Shown piece after piece: positions 49,004 to 57,963 of a stretch of 64,000 bases of DNA; position 1 is the stretch's first letter, and every line of letters begins with the position of its first letter. Location of the stretch: positions 2,468-66,467 of the forward strand of contig JACPWY010000007.1 of assembly GCA_016196825.1 (NCBI GenBank). The letters are read 5' to 3'. The notes under the pieces are model-generated. The model ran no database searches. It saw only the letters and a program-made list of their open reading frames with translations, and was not told the origin of the DNA. Position numbers and translations under genes: made by a program. The DNA comes from Deltaproteobacteria bacterium. Lineage in GTDB: Bacteria > Bdellovibrionota > FAC87 > UBA2466.

Positions 49004-50427
49004 TGGGGGCTCCCGAAAGTTTTCATCTGCGCCACGAGCGTGAGAATCTCAGCTTGGGTTTGGATGCGCCCGAATTCGGATTGGGAATAGTCCTGCTCGA
49101 AAGCGAGGATCTGATAGGTGGTGCTGCGTCCCTTTTTGTGGCGCTCCCGTTCGTGGTCGAGTTTATTTTTTTGAATCCGCTCGATGTTAGTCACCAGTTC
49201 AAGGCGTTTCTTCGCCTGTGACAATCTGTTGTTGAGGTCGGTCCACTCGACCTCGACCTCAAACGTTTTTCGTCGGGCATTGAGCTCCGCGGCCTGTCTC
49301 TCTTTGAAGGCCCCTTCGCGGGTGGAATTGATCAGACCAAATTCCAGAGGGGCGATGAGCTTGAGCCCAATGGAGTAGGTCGGAGCGCTCGTTTGGAAGG
49401 AATTGCCCGTGGCTGTGCCGAAGGCGGCATCCCGACCGTTGAGTGCGACGCTGCCGGTGACATCGAATGTCGGCTTATTCTTGTGAAGATAGAGCTCGTA
49501 GGCCGCCTCGGCCGCGCGCAGCCCCTCACGCGCCGCCATCACATCTTCGCGGTCTTTGTTACGGGGAGGAGCATCCATTGCCACGAACTTTTCGGGTGAA
49601 AAATCGACGAGCTCATCGGTGATGGCGTCACCATCGGTTCCCAGGAGCGAAAGAAACGCGCGAATGGCAGAGTGTTCTTCGTCGAGCGCCGCCTGCAGCT
49701 CCATCGTTCTTAACTGCAGTGCCGCGTCGGCTTGGAAGACATCCGCTTTGTCAGCGAGCTCGAGTCTTGCTCGGTTGTCGGAGTAGGCCTTAAGCCTTTG
49801 AGCCCGTTCCAGGCCGCTTCGTTTGACCCGGACCGTTTCTCGTGCGAGCGCGAGCCGCCAGTAGTATTGCTCGGCCTGCATGAGGAGCATTTTGCTCTTG
49901 TAGCGTTCCCCATAGCTTGTTGCGAGCGCCTGCGCCTCCTGGGCCTGGGTTCCGGCAGTGATCTCCGCGCCAAAACCGTTTTTCCAAAGGGATTGCGAAA
50001 TCTCCAGAACGGGCCGAGCTTCGTAAAAGGTGGGGACAGCGAGGAGCGTGGGGCTCACCCCGGCAATCGTTGTGTAGGAAACGAGATAATAGAGCTTCGA
50101 CAGGAGTCCAAAGTTGGTCATCTTGGAGACGCCCAGGGTATAGGTGCTGTTCGTGGTCTCGGTGCCCATGAAGGCTGGCACCGCTGTTGGCTTTGCGTCA
50201 TCGAGGAAGTTCGCGGCGAAGAAGAGATTGGGGGCGAAGATGAGAGAAGAATCCTTTGAGCGAGCTTCGCTTCCTTCGGCGCTATTCTTAGATGCGATGT
50301 ACCCTTCGTGCTTTGTTTTCACATTCTCGAGGTATTGGTGAAGAGTAAGCGGTGCAGCAAAGGAGGCGGTTATCGTTGAGATGAGTGCCAGGACTAGTAT
50401 TCCTAGGTGAGTGTGTCGAGGTGTCAT
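49000..50427 (-). CDS. TolC-like outer membrane efflux protein
   Basis: Signal peptide. Two repeated coiled-coil/beta-barrel halves of the OEP type. Its stop overlaps the RND gene start (4 bp). Confidence 0.7.
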   Translation of the reverse strand: MTPRHTHLGILVLALISTITASFAAPLTLHQYLENVKTKHEGYIASKNSAEGSEARSKDSSLIFAPNLFFAANFLDDAKPTAVPAFMGTETTNSTYTLGVSKMTNFGLLSKLYYLVSYTTIAGVSPTLLAVPTFYEARPVLEISQSLWKNGFGAEITAGTQAQEAQALATSYGERYKSKMLLMQAEQYYWRLALARETVRVKRSGLERAQRLKAYSDNRARLELADKADVFQADAALQLRTMELQAALDEEHSAIRAFLSLLGTDGDAITDELVDFSPEKFVAMDAPPRNKDREDVMAAREGLRAAEAAYELYLHKNKPTFDVTGSVALNGRDAAFGTATGNSFQTSAPTYSIGLKLIAPLEFGLINSTREGAFKERQAAELNARRKTFEVEVEWTDLNNRLSQAKKRLELVTNIERIQKNKLDHERERHKKGRSTTYQILAFEQDYSQSEFGRIQTQAEILTLVAQMKTFGSPQ

Positions 50428-50546
50428 TCTTTCTCCTGAGAATATCGTTATCCTACACCCTACTAATCAGGTCATTAATATACGGCTACTGAGCGACGCT
50501 CAGCGATAGAGTTTTGTGAAGATTGTGTCGATAAGTGTCCTGAACC

Positions 50547-51737
50547 GTGCGCTCACCCAACCCCAGACTCCGAAATATCCGGGAACGCCTCGCTCGCCAG
50601 ACGGAGAGCGATTTCGGCATTGGTGTGGTCAGCCGAAACAGCGTGGATGCGGCGATCGAGGCGGCCTACGCCGCCAATCGCCCGGTGATGCTGATTGCGA
50701 CTCGGCGGCAGGTGGAATCGGCCGAATTGGGCGGTGGGTATGTGAATGGGTGGACGACGCGAACCTTTGCACAGTATGTGCGGGCTCGCGATCCGAATGG
50801 CCTCATTCTTCTCGGCCGAGACCACGGTGGCCCCTGGCAGCACCCGCTTGAACTTGATCGCAACTATGATGAGGCCCGGGCGTTGCGCTCGGCGATCGAC
50901 TCATACCGAGAGGATATCGACAACGGCTTTGATCTTCTCCACATCGACACCGGCAGCTCCCTGCATGGAGAGCCATCGGTCGAGAAGGCCGTGGAGCGGA
51001 TGGTTATTCTTTATGACTGGTGCATTCGTTACGCTGCTCTCCACGAAAAGGAGATTGGAATTGAGGTCGGAGCCGAGGACCAGCGCAATGAGGCCGCCGA
51101 CCCGAAATCGTTCGCCGTCACGCATGACAAGATAGTGCAGAGCCTTCGGGCCAAGGGTTTGCCGCTGCCGCTTTTCGAGGTGGCGCAAACCGGAACGAAA
51201 GTCGTCGAGGATCGCAATACGGGGGTCTTCACCCAGGTCTCAAGGCAGTCTCAAACCGCTCGAAATGTTCGCGGCATGGTCGAGATCGCCGGCCGGGATG
51301 GTGTCTACATCAAGGCGCACAATTGCGATTATCTCAATGACCAAGAGCTTAAGGCTTTTGCTGGGTTGGGTGTCGGCGGGATCAATGTGGCGCCGGAACT
51401 CGGGGTCTTTGAGACCCGATCCCTATTGAGGTTATTGGAGGCGCGCGGCCTCACCGAAGAGAAGGCGGCCTTTGTTGTGCTCGCCCAACGTTCGGGGAAG
51501 TGGAAGAAATGGTTGAGTGATGGGCGTCGGGCGACTTCTGTGGAATGCGCCGTCTTGGGTGGCCATTACGTTTTTGCGACCGAAGAATGTGTTCGCATCA
51601 AGGAGACCCTGGCCCACCGAATGGGGCGGACCGTTGCTGAGCTCGACCAATTGCTCATCGGAGATCTTGTTGGCTGCATCCAACGCTACTGGGCGAAAAC
51701 AAAACAACCATGGCAGACCTTGAACGGCGCGGCCTAG
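50547..51737 (+). CDS. GatZ/KbaZ-family protein (class II tagatose-bisphosphate aldolase accessory/non-catalytic subunit-like)
   Basis: GGYVNGWTTRTFAQYVRARDPNGLILLGRDHGGPWQH parallels GatZ GGYTGMTPADF...RIILGGDHLGPNCWQ. Confidence 0.5.
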   Translation: MRSPNPRLRNIRERLARQTESDFGIGVVSRNSVDAAIEAAYAANRPVMLIATRRQVESAELGGGYVNGWTTRTFAQYVRARDPNGLILLGRDHGGPWQHPLELDRNYDEARALRSAIDSYREDIDNGFDLLHIDTGSSLHGEPSVEKAVERMVILYDWCIRYAALHEKEIGIEVGAEDQRNEAADPKSFAVTHDKIVQSLRAKGLPLPLFEVAQTGTKVVEDRNTGVFTQVSRQSQTARNVRGMVEIAGRDGVYIKAHNCDYLNDQELKAFAGLGVGGINVAPELGVFETRSLLRLLEARGLTEEKAAFVVLAQRSGKWKKWLSDGRRATSVECAVLGGHYVFATEECVRIKETLAHRMGRTVAELDQLLIGDLVGCIQRYWAKTKQPWQTLNGAA

Positions 51738-52219
51738 CGGTTGCGCTCACGGAGATGTCTCTCTCCGAACAATTGGATAACGCGCCAAAGCCAGCTGATC
51801 CCGGCCAGGCGTCGCTCATTCTTGGCTCGACCAAAACTTGCAAATTGGTGACTAAGCATTGGGGCTATGAAAAATGGATCGTGCACGCCGGGGCGCCCTT
51901 TGCCTTTAAGCTCCTGTTTCTCAAAGCCGGCTTTCGTACGAGTCTCCAGTACCACGAAAAAAAGGAGGAGTGCATGCTCCTTCTCTCGGGTTGGGTCCGC
52001 CTTCATTACCAGGATGAGGCCGGCTTACCGAAAACAATGGATCTCAACGCCGGACACACGATCCACGTCAAACCCAATACGGTTCACCGCGTGGAAGCGA
52101 TCAACGACTCCTTTTACGCCGAGGTCTCAACGGCTGAGCTGGATGACGTGATCCGGATTCAGGATGATAATGGCCGACCCGATGGTCACATCGCCCGTGA
52201 GCACAAGGGGAAGGCGTGA
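51710..52219 (+). CDS. Cupin-domain protein, mannose-6-phosphate-isomerase type II-like
   Basis: KHWGYEKW...FKLLFLKAGFRTSLQYHEKKEE...GHTIHVKPNTVHRV matches the MPI-II cupin motif. It overlaps the upstream gene by 28 bp and the downstream one by 4 bp. Confidence 0.6.
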   Translation: MADLERRGLAVALTEMSLSEQLDNAPKPADPGQASLILGSTKTCKLVTKHWGYEKWIVHAGAPFAFKLLFLKAGFRTSLQYHEKKEECMLLLSGWVRLHYQDEAGLPKTMDLNAGHTIHVKPNTVHRVEAINDSFYAEVSTAELDDVIRIQDDNGRPDGHIAREHKGKA

Positions 52220-52950
52220 TCGGACTCTTCATTCTCTGCTACAGAGTGGGTCGGCGCATTCAAGATGTTGTGATGACACTCCCCGAATCTGTCATCAATT
52301 CTGTCGATGAGATCATCGTCATCGACAACGGCAGCGATGACGACACGGCCGTCTGGGCGGAAAGAGCCATTCAGAAACGCTGTGACCCGAAGTTTGCCCT
52401 CCTCAGAAACCCGAGAAATTACGGCTATGGAGGCTCTCACAAGGTGGCCTTCGACTATTTTCTCTCACGCAGAATGGACTACGCCATTCTCTACCACGGT
52501 GATGGCCAGGGCGACTCAGAGGCCTTGAAGGAGCTCATCCGAATGGCGCAGGAGAATCGCTGGGATTTTGTGATTGGCAGTCGTTTCAAAGACATTGCCC
52601 GTCTCAGCGGGAGGTATTCGTTGGGGCGCCGTTGGGGAAATCTGTTCTTTGTGTGGTTGCAGAAGATTGTGTCAGGACTCAACATCACCGACCCCGGGAG
52701 CGGAGAGGTGGCTTACTCTCTCAATTTCATTAAGAGGCACATCCCATACCGGCAATTGACCGATTCCTTTCACTTCACGCCACAACTGCTCCTCCATGCG
52801 AGCCGTCGGAAGGTCTCGATCACGGAGATCCCCATCAGCTGGGGCGAGGTCGAGACGAGTTCCGCAAACATCTACCGCCACGCCTGGAACATGCTGAAGA
52901 TGCTTGTCCGATTTCGGCTCTCAGGGCGCCTCGACGCTTTTCGCAGCTGA
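52216..52950 (+). CDS. GT2-family glycosyltransferase (polyprenyl-phosphate sugar synthase / DPM1-like)
   Basis: IVIDNGSDDDT, NPRNYGYGGSHKVAF and YHGDGQ. Confidence 0.75.
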   Translation: MIGLFILCYRVGRRIQDVVMTLPESVINSVDEIIVIDNGSDDDTAVWAERAIQKRCDPKFALLRNPRNYGYGGSHKVAFDYFLSRRMDYAILYHGDGQGDSEALKELIRMAQENRWDFVIGSRFKDIARLSGRYSLGRRWGNLFFVWLQKIVSGLNITDPGSGEVAYSLNFIKRHIPYRQLTDSFHFTPQLLLHASRRKVSITEIPISWGEVETSSANIYRHAWNMLKMLVRFRLSGRLDAFRS

Positions 52951-54696
52951 TTCGCACCAAAGTTTGAAATCAAAGATCTCCTTTGTGGGAGGAACGGTGA
53001 CGGGACCGCCCGTGACGAGTCCCCAGGTCTGGTATCGCGTGCGGTCAATGTAGCTCGGAACGTGGTCGCGGAGGATCTTTTCCGGAATCACCTGGGAGGG
53101 AGCGGCTCCGGCCGCGATGAGGGCTCTCAAATTCGCATCCATCTTCTCAAGGTAGATCTTGTTCCAGGAGTGGGGACAACTTCTGACGTAGAAATCGCGA
53201 AGGGATCGACCCCAGTCGAGTGGCGTGTAGCCGTCGGAGTCGGCGATCTTCAGATCAGCACCGCTGGCAACGAGAGTTTTCACGAAGTCTGGGTTCAAAT
53301 TCAGTGTCGCTCGGACAGCCAAGATCAGCGGAGTGGTCTTGTTCTTTTTCCATCCGCTCAGTTCATTCACATCGGCCTTGGCATCGAGCAGCAGTTGGGC
53401 CAGTCGGTAGTCCGGTGTCTTTCCCGAGGGGAGCGAAGAGGTTTGTTCATTCTGGCTCATGACGGGATTGTTCGACATGCCTCCCATATGGCCGTGGTAT
53501 CGGACTGCCTCCCTCCAATGGGTGATTAGAGATTCTCCGAGTGGCCCAAACCCGGTTTCAAAATGGAAATCGACCGAGGCACCATACTCCTGAGTGAGTG
53601 ACTTGATGAAATCAAAGTAAGCCTCCGACCAACTATCTCCCTCTAAAATGGCTCGAATAGATTTTTTGAGAGCTTGAGTCAGGACTGCCTCGCTGAGCTT
53701 GGCGTCGGCCAGAAGAAGGAATGAAACCAGATTGCCTTCTCTGAACGCTGTCTCTGCCGCCAGATCCAGGCCGGACTGAGTGGGCCCGAGGGCCAGCATG
53801 ATTTTGAGAAACGCCTGGTTCCCGTGGACGGCCGCCCAGCCAAGTCCCAGGTTCACGACAGAGTCGTGCTCGTGGCTCACCTTGGTCATCTCAACGAGCG
53901 AGTCCAGTTGAGGTTGGGAGAGTTTGTATCTATAGAGAGTCTGGAAGAGGGTCATGCCATCGTGAGCGTGAGTATCGACACGAGCCCCATTGCGAATCAG
54001 AATCTTCACAACCTCGAATCGCTCATCATACGCGGCCAAATAGATCGGCGTTCGCCCAGCGCCGTCGCGACAGTTCGGGTTCACGAGATTGGGTTTCGCC
54101 AGAAGCTCCTCAACCTCATGAATATTTCCGAGTTTTGCTTCTTGAAGGAGTTTGAGCTCAAGAATGCGTTGCGATTGTTTCACTTCACCGGAAGGCTTGT
54201 AATAGGCGGCCCACACGGCGTTAGCCACCGAGGCCGCGAAAAGATCATCCTTGCCGAAGTGGTGCACGGCTTCGCCAATGAAGTGGCGAGTGGCATCGGC
54301 CTCGGTGTGCGCCTTGCAGTTGTCCTTGAAAAGGTAAAACGGAGTCCCCTTTGTTTCGGACGTATATCCGCAGAGAGTTGGGACCAACTTAAATTCTTCG
54401 AACTTCTTGTACTGGTCCCAAAGTTGTGGGCAGTTTTCGATCTCGGAAAGGAGTTCGCCGCGGTTATCGTCAAAAAATTTGAGAACGAGGGCATCATACC
54501 CGGTTTCCGCTGGGAAGGCCGCAACCTTGGCATCGCTCACCATCTTCATCGACTGACGCCAACCCTGCTCGAAAGTTCTAATAACTTTGTCGCCTCCCCG
54601 ACCGGGATCATTGCCGGGAATCGGTCCGCTTTCGCCGAATAGGATCGACCCGGCTATGAATGCGAATAGGCTTGCGGCTAGAGTCGTGGTTTTCAT
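52921..54696 (-). CDS. Secreted ankyrin-repeat protein
   Basis: Signal peptide MKTTTLAASLFAFIAGS. Ankyrin units include GRTPIYLAAYDERFEVVKILIRNGARVD and TTPLILAVRA...VKTLVASGADLKIADSDGYTPLDWG. Confidence 0.7.
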   Translation of the reverse strand: MKTTTLAASLFAFIAGSILFGESGPIPGNDPGRGGDKVIRTFEQGWRQSMKMVSDAKVAAFPAETGYDALVLKFFDDNRGELLSEIENCPQLWDQYKKFEEFKLVPTLCGYTSETKGTPFYLFKDNCKAHTEADATRHFIGEAVHHFGKDDLFAASVANAVWAAYYKPSGEVKQSQRILELKLLQEAKLGNIHEVEELLAKPNLVNPNCRDGAGRTPIYLAAYDERFEVVKILIRNGARVDTHAHDGMTLFQTLYRYKLSQPQLDSLVEMTKVSHEHDSVVNLGLGWAAVHGNQAFLKIMLALGPTQSGLDLAAETAFREGNLVSFLLLADAKLSEAVLTQALKKSIRAILEGDSWSEAYFDFIKSLTQEYGASVDFHFETGFGPLGESLITHWREAVRYHGHMGGMSNNPVMSQNEQTSSLPSGKTPDYRLAQLLLDAKADVNELSGWKKNKTTPLILAVRATLNLNPDFVKTLVASGADLKIADSDGYTPLDWGRSLRDFYVRSCPHSWNKIYLEKMDANLRALIAAGAAPSQVIPEKILRDHVPSYIDRTRYQTWGLVTGGPVTVPPTKEIFDFKLWCESAAKSVEAP

Positions 54697-55481
54697 GTGC
54701 GCTCCTTAGGTAAAGTGAGAGGAAAAAGTTGGACGGCTAGGTGGTAGACGGCGGTGGCCGTCCCCATCTTTTCGAGCTCTTCTCCAAGGTCTCGCCGAAA
54801 TTGCCGAATGCGCTCCACGGCGTAGGGAATCGCCTCGGGGTTCATCGCGAAGACGAATCCGGAGACATCTCGGACCTCTAGGGAATCCGTTTCGAGTGAG
54901 GTGATGGCCTTTTCCAAAATCTGACGGTGGTATCGTCGGGTGGCAAGGGTCGATATCTTGTTGTCGAGTTTGAGCGGTGGTGTGCATTGACGCCATTGAC
55001 CGTTGACCTTTGCCACGAAACCCATTCGGGTGAGGCGGCGCATGGCCGTGCGCGCCTGATCGGGCGTGATCTTCAGCTGGCGCGCGATCCAAAGGGGGTT
55101 GAAGCGCGCCCCGGGCAATTCCAAGAGACTCAAGATGGCGAAATGGTACCACTCGGAAACGACGCTGAATTGATCGAGGCTCAGGTCGCGATAGACGGAA
55201 GGGGTGTGCTGACCCCGAGCCGATCCGTTGTGCAAGTCTTCTAGGATTGTTCGGTTTTCCTCTGGGCTCAAGGTCATCTCAGAGACGAGCCTCCGGGCCA
55301 ACTTTCGAGAGACGGGTCTTTTTCCGGCCAGGACTAGTGAAAGGAGCGAGTGGCTCACGCCGAGGGAACGGGCGAGTGAGCGGAGGGAGTAGCCCGGATT
55401 CTTACGCACCCGACGGCGCAAAACACCGTCGAGAATCTCCCGAGCCCCCTGGGGGCCTTTGAGTGGCAGCACCGTCGTCAT
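54693..55481 (-). CDS. TIGR02147-family HTH protein (Fibrobacter/Bdellovibrio paralogous family, DUF4423-like)
   Basis: The N-terminus ...REILDGVLRRRVRKNPGYSLRSLARSLGVSHSLLSLVLAGKRPVS matches the family pattern (...yreyL..., SyRsfa...G..S...L...GkR.ls). Confidence 0.55.
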   Translation of the reverse strand: MTTVLPLKGPQGAREILDGVLRRRVRKNPGYSLRSLARSLGVSHSLLSLVLAGKRPVSRKLARRLVSEMTLSPEENRTILEDLHNGSARGQHTPSVYRDLSLDQFSVVSEWYHFAILSLLELPGARFNPLWIARQLKITPDQARTAMRRLTRMGFVAKVNGQWRQCTPPLKLDNKISTLATRRYHRQILEKAITSLETDSLEVRDVSGFVFAMNPEAIPYAVERIRQFRRDLGEELEKMGTATAVYHLAVQLFPLTLPKERT

Positions 55482-55557
55482 GGAGCGCACTATAATGACG
55501 CTCAGCATTGCTGCGCAATATCTCTAGGAAACTATTGGTGAAAAATTTGTCACCAGG

Positions 55558-57165
55558 TTACAAAGTCACGGTTTTATTCGAGAATTCGGCCGGTTCCAGG
55601 AGAGCCATTCGCCACGTGGCGAGCTTCTCAAGGCCCACGGCGAGGAAATAGGCGTCGAGGGGTGGGACGTGGAGGGGCGCCATGTTGAAGAAGGTCGAGG
55701 CGGCCACGAGTTTGACGTGGTCCAGATCCCAATTCCGTTTGAGGCAATGGCTTTCAAACTTTTGCCGACAGGCCACGAGAAAGTCCGAGTCGTGGGTTTC
55801 CGCCGAAGGAACCCCATCTCGATCGATCGAAAGCCGGGGGCAGCCGCGGTTTCGAATGAGCTCGAAATTCACGCAGAGGCCGGCGTAAAGCTTTCCGAGA
55901 TCGTAGTACAGGTCTCCGTATGCCAGGCCGGCGAACTCCTCACGCCAGTCGATCAAGGAAAAGCCATCGTGGGTGCGGATCATATTTCCAAAATTCAGGT
56001 CTCCATGAAAGACACATGGAATCGCTTTATCGACAAATTGGGTCCAGGGAAACCCTTGCCATTCGATCTGCGCGCGTTTGATCGCTTTTGCCCAACGGTC
56101 GCCCGCTATCCCGCCGAGCTTTCGGGTCCCGAGGCATTTGAGGCGATCCGAGGTTTTTTGGCGATAGAACTCATCGCAACTTTTCCGGAACTGAGTTTCG
56201 TTGAACGATTTGGGGAGCGGAGTGGTCCAAAGCTGATCGGTCAGCCAGTTCATCAGAGCATCAAACGAGAAATGGTTTTCAGCTTGGTAGAGGGTCTTCC
56301 CACGAGAATAATCGTACGCGAAGAAATGGCGACCCAATTTCAGAACCTTGGGTACGCGGCCCTGGAGCAGGTGGGCCCGGGCCACCTTCTGCTTCACACT
56401 CTTTTCACTTGCGGACCATTTGATGACCGTGGGTGGAACGACGTAGGTCTGCTCGCTGGTCTTGGACCAGTCTGCGCCTGTTTCTCCGAGTTGGCGACGG
56501 GCTGCGGCGAGTGCCTCTGGGGTACCTGTGTCGAGCCAGTGAAAGCGTTTTCCGACGAGGCCGGGGATGAGAGCGGTGAGTCCGTTGGAGACCTGGCGTT
56601 CGTTTTGGATGAGGGTCGTGCGGCGCTCGAGAGCTTCCCAGAATTTTTCGGCGCTTCGAATGCCGGCGAGTCCGATGTAGGCGAGGTGGTTCTTGGTTGT
56701 GGCCGATTTGTCGGAGAGATCGAGGACATTTCCCCTTGGGTCGAGGGCGGCGGTGCAGAAGCGGGCCGGATTGTCGACGGGGGCAACGCCAATCCAGTTG
56801 GTGTCGATGGAAGGAATGGGATCGGTAACGAGGGTGTCGCAAGAGATGGTGTAGAAGGGGCCGGTGACGGCTTCTCGGCAGGCCAGGAGAGAGGTGCCAG
56901 GGCCTGAACCCGGGCCAGAGTAGTTATCGACTGTGATGAATTCGCATGATTGTTCGGGCCCTAAGATCTCAAGGTATTCCTTCAGTTGATCTTTGAGGTG
57001 GCCTATTGCGAAGATGCACCGATGGCCCGCGAATTTTTCCAGAATGTGATTGAGCACCGGCCGCCCGTGGATGGGCAGAAGGCCCTTGTGAAGAGTGTCG
57101 GCCTGGGCCCCAAATCGCGAACCACGGCCGGCGGCGAGGATGATGACGGGTGCTTTGTGGTTCAT
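55558..57165 (-). CDS. Bifunctional sugar-phosphate nucleotidyltransferase (N) / APH-ChoK-fold kinase (C)
   Basis: N-terminal VIILAAGRGSRFG (the NTP-transferase G-x-G-x-R loop). C-terminal kinase catalytic loop FHGDLNFGNMI and DWREE. Confidence 0.65.
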   Translation of the reverse strand: MNHKAPVIILAAGRGSRFGAQADTLHKGLLPIHGRPVLNHILEKFAGHRCIFAIGHLKDQLKEYLEILGPEQSCEFITVDNYSGPGSGPGTSLLACREAVTGPFYTISCDTLVTDPIPSIDTNWIGVAPVDNPARFCTAALDPRGNVLDLSDKSATTKNHLAYIGLAGIRSAEKFWEALERRTTLIQNERQVSNGLTALIPGLVGKRFHWLDTGTPEALAAARRQLGETGADWSKTSEQTYVVPPTVIKWSASEKSVKQKVARAHLLQGRVPKVLKLGRHFFAYDYSRGKTLYQAENHFSFDALMNWLTDQLWTTPLPKSFNETQFRKSCDEFYRQKTSDRLKCLGTRKLGGIAGDRWAKAIKRAQIEWQGFPWTQFVDKAIPCVFHGDLNFGNMIRTHDGFSLIDWREEFAGLAYGDLYYDLGKLYAGLCVNFELIRNRGCPRLSIDRDGVPSAETHDSDFLVACRQKFESHCLKRNWDLDHVKLVAASTFFNMAPLHVPPLDAYFLAVGLEKLATWRMALLEPAEFSNKTVTL

Positions 57166-57205
57166 GGGTGATGGATCCGTCAGCTCCGTTGCCCGATCAG
57201 AAGGA

Positions 57206-57742
57206 TTACAGTGTCCACTCGCCCGATCCGCTCAGGGATTTCGGGAGATGGTGTGGATCATAGGGCTCATAAAACTTTTCTAAAATGTGGAGCACCGCCT
57301 CGGAGACGGCGCGGCGGCCACCAGGGTTTTGAGTGGTGTAGTGCGCGGCCTGTTTGGCGATCACGCAGCCATCGGCGACGCAGATTCCGTAGCCGACGCT
57401 ATTGAAGACCCAGTTGTCGAAGATCCCATCGCCCATGTAGATAACTTTTTCGAGCGGCCACCGCGTCGCCATCCATTCGGAACGCCGCAGGGTGCTCACA
57501 AGCTCCAGCGGAAATTTCATGTCTTCAGCGACCCGACGCTGGGTAATGGGGAAACCCTTGCGATCACCCGTGACAAAGTGAATGGACACATGCGGGCGCA
57601 GAAGACAGAGTGCGTCGTTGTCATCGGCGCCAAATTCCTTCATCACCTTGCCTTCTGCCGAATAGAAAAAATTGCCCGGCGTCAAAACGCCATCGACATC
57701 AAACACCACCACAGCGGGTTGAAACGGAGCCTGCGAGTTCAT
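57206..57742 (-). CDS. HAD-IIIA phosphatase, KdsC (YrbI)-like
   Basis: VVFDVDGVLT (motif I) and MGDGIFD (motif IV); 178 aa. Confidence 0.7.
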   Translation of the reverse strand: MNSQAPFQPAVVVFDVDGVLTPGNFFYSAEGKVMKEFGADDNDALCLLRPHVSIHFVTGDRKGFPITQRRVAEDMKFPLELVSTLRRSEWMATRWPLEKVIYMGDGIFDNWVFNSVGYGICVADGCVIAKQAAHYTTQNPGGRRAVSEAVLHILEKFYEPYDPHHLPKSLSGSGEWTL

Positions 57743-57825
57743 GGGGGATACTTCATTGTAGCAAGAAACCTCCCCGATTTTTGACGGGCCGCGGGGATCC
57801 TGATACCTGATGAGGACTCAAAGGA

Positions 57826-57899
57826 GGGCGGTTAGCTCAGCTGGATAGAGCACGTGGCTTCGAACCACGGGGCCAGGGGTTCGAATCCCTTACCGCCCA
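57826..57899 (+). tRNA. tRNA-Arg (anticodon TCG)
   Basis: Manual cloverleaf:
- Acceptor GGGCGGT/ACCGCCC.
- U8.
- D-arm GCTC-AGCTGGATA-GAGC.
- Anticodon stem CGTGG/CCACG with loop CTTCGAA.
- 5-nt variable loop.
- T-arm AGGGG-TTCGAAT-CCCTT.
- Discriminator A, no encoded CCA. Confidence 0.85.
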
Positions 57900-57912
57900 C
57901 ACCCAAATTTAT

Positions 57913-57959
57913 GTATACATCAACACCATTTTTACGGTAAAATTGGTGTTGATGTATAC
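57913..57959. repeat. Perfect 16-bp inverted repeat (hairpin) immediately 3' of the tRNA
   Basis: gtatacatcaacacca ...15 nt palindromic spacer... tggtgttgatgtatac. Possible tRNA terminator or att-like site. Confidence 0.7.
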
Positions 57960-57963
57960 ACGT

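Noticed and set aside
55669-56907. 412-aa plus-strand ORF
   Set aside because: It is antisense to the nucleotidyltransferase-kinase gene, which has clear G-x-G-x-R and HGDxxxxN motifs.
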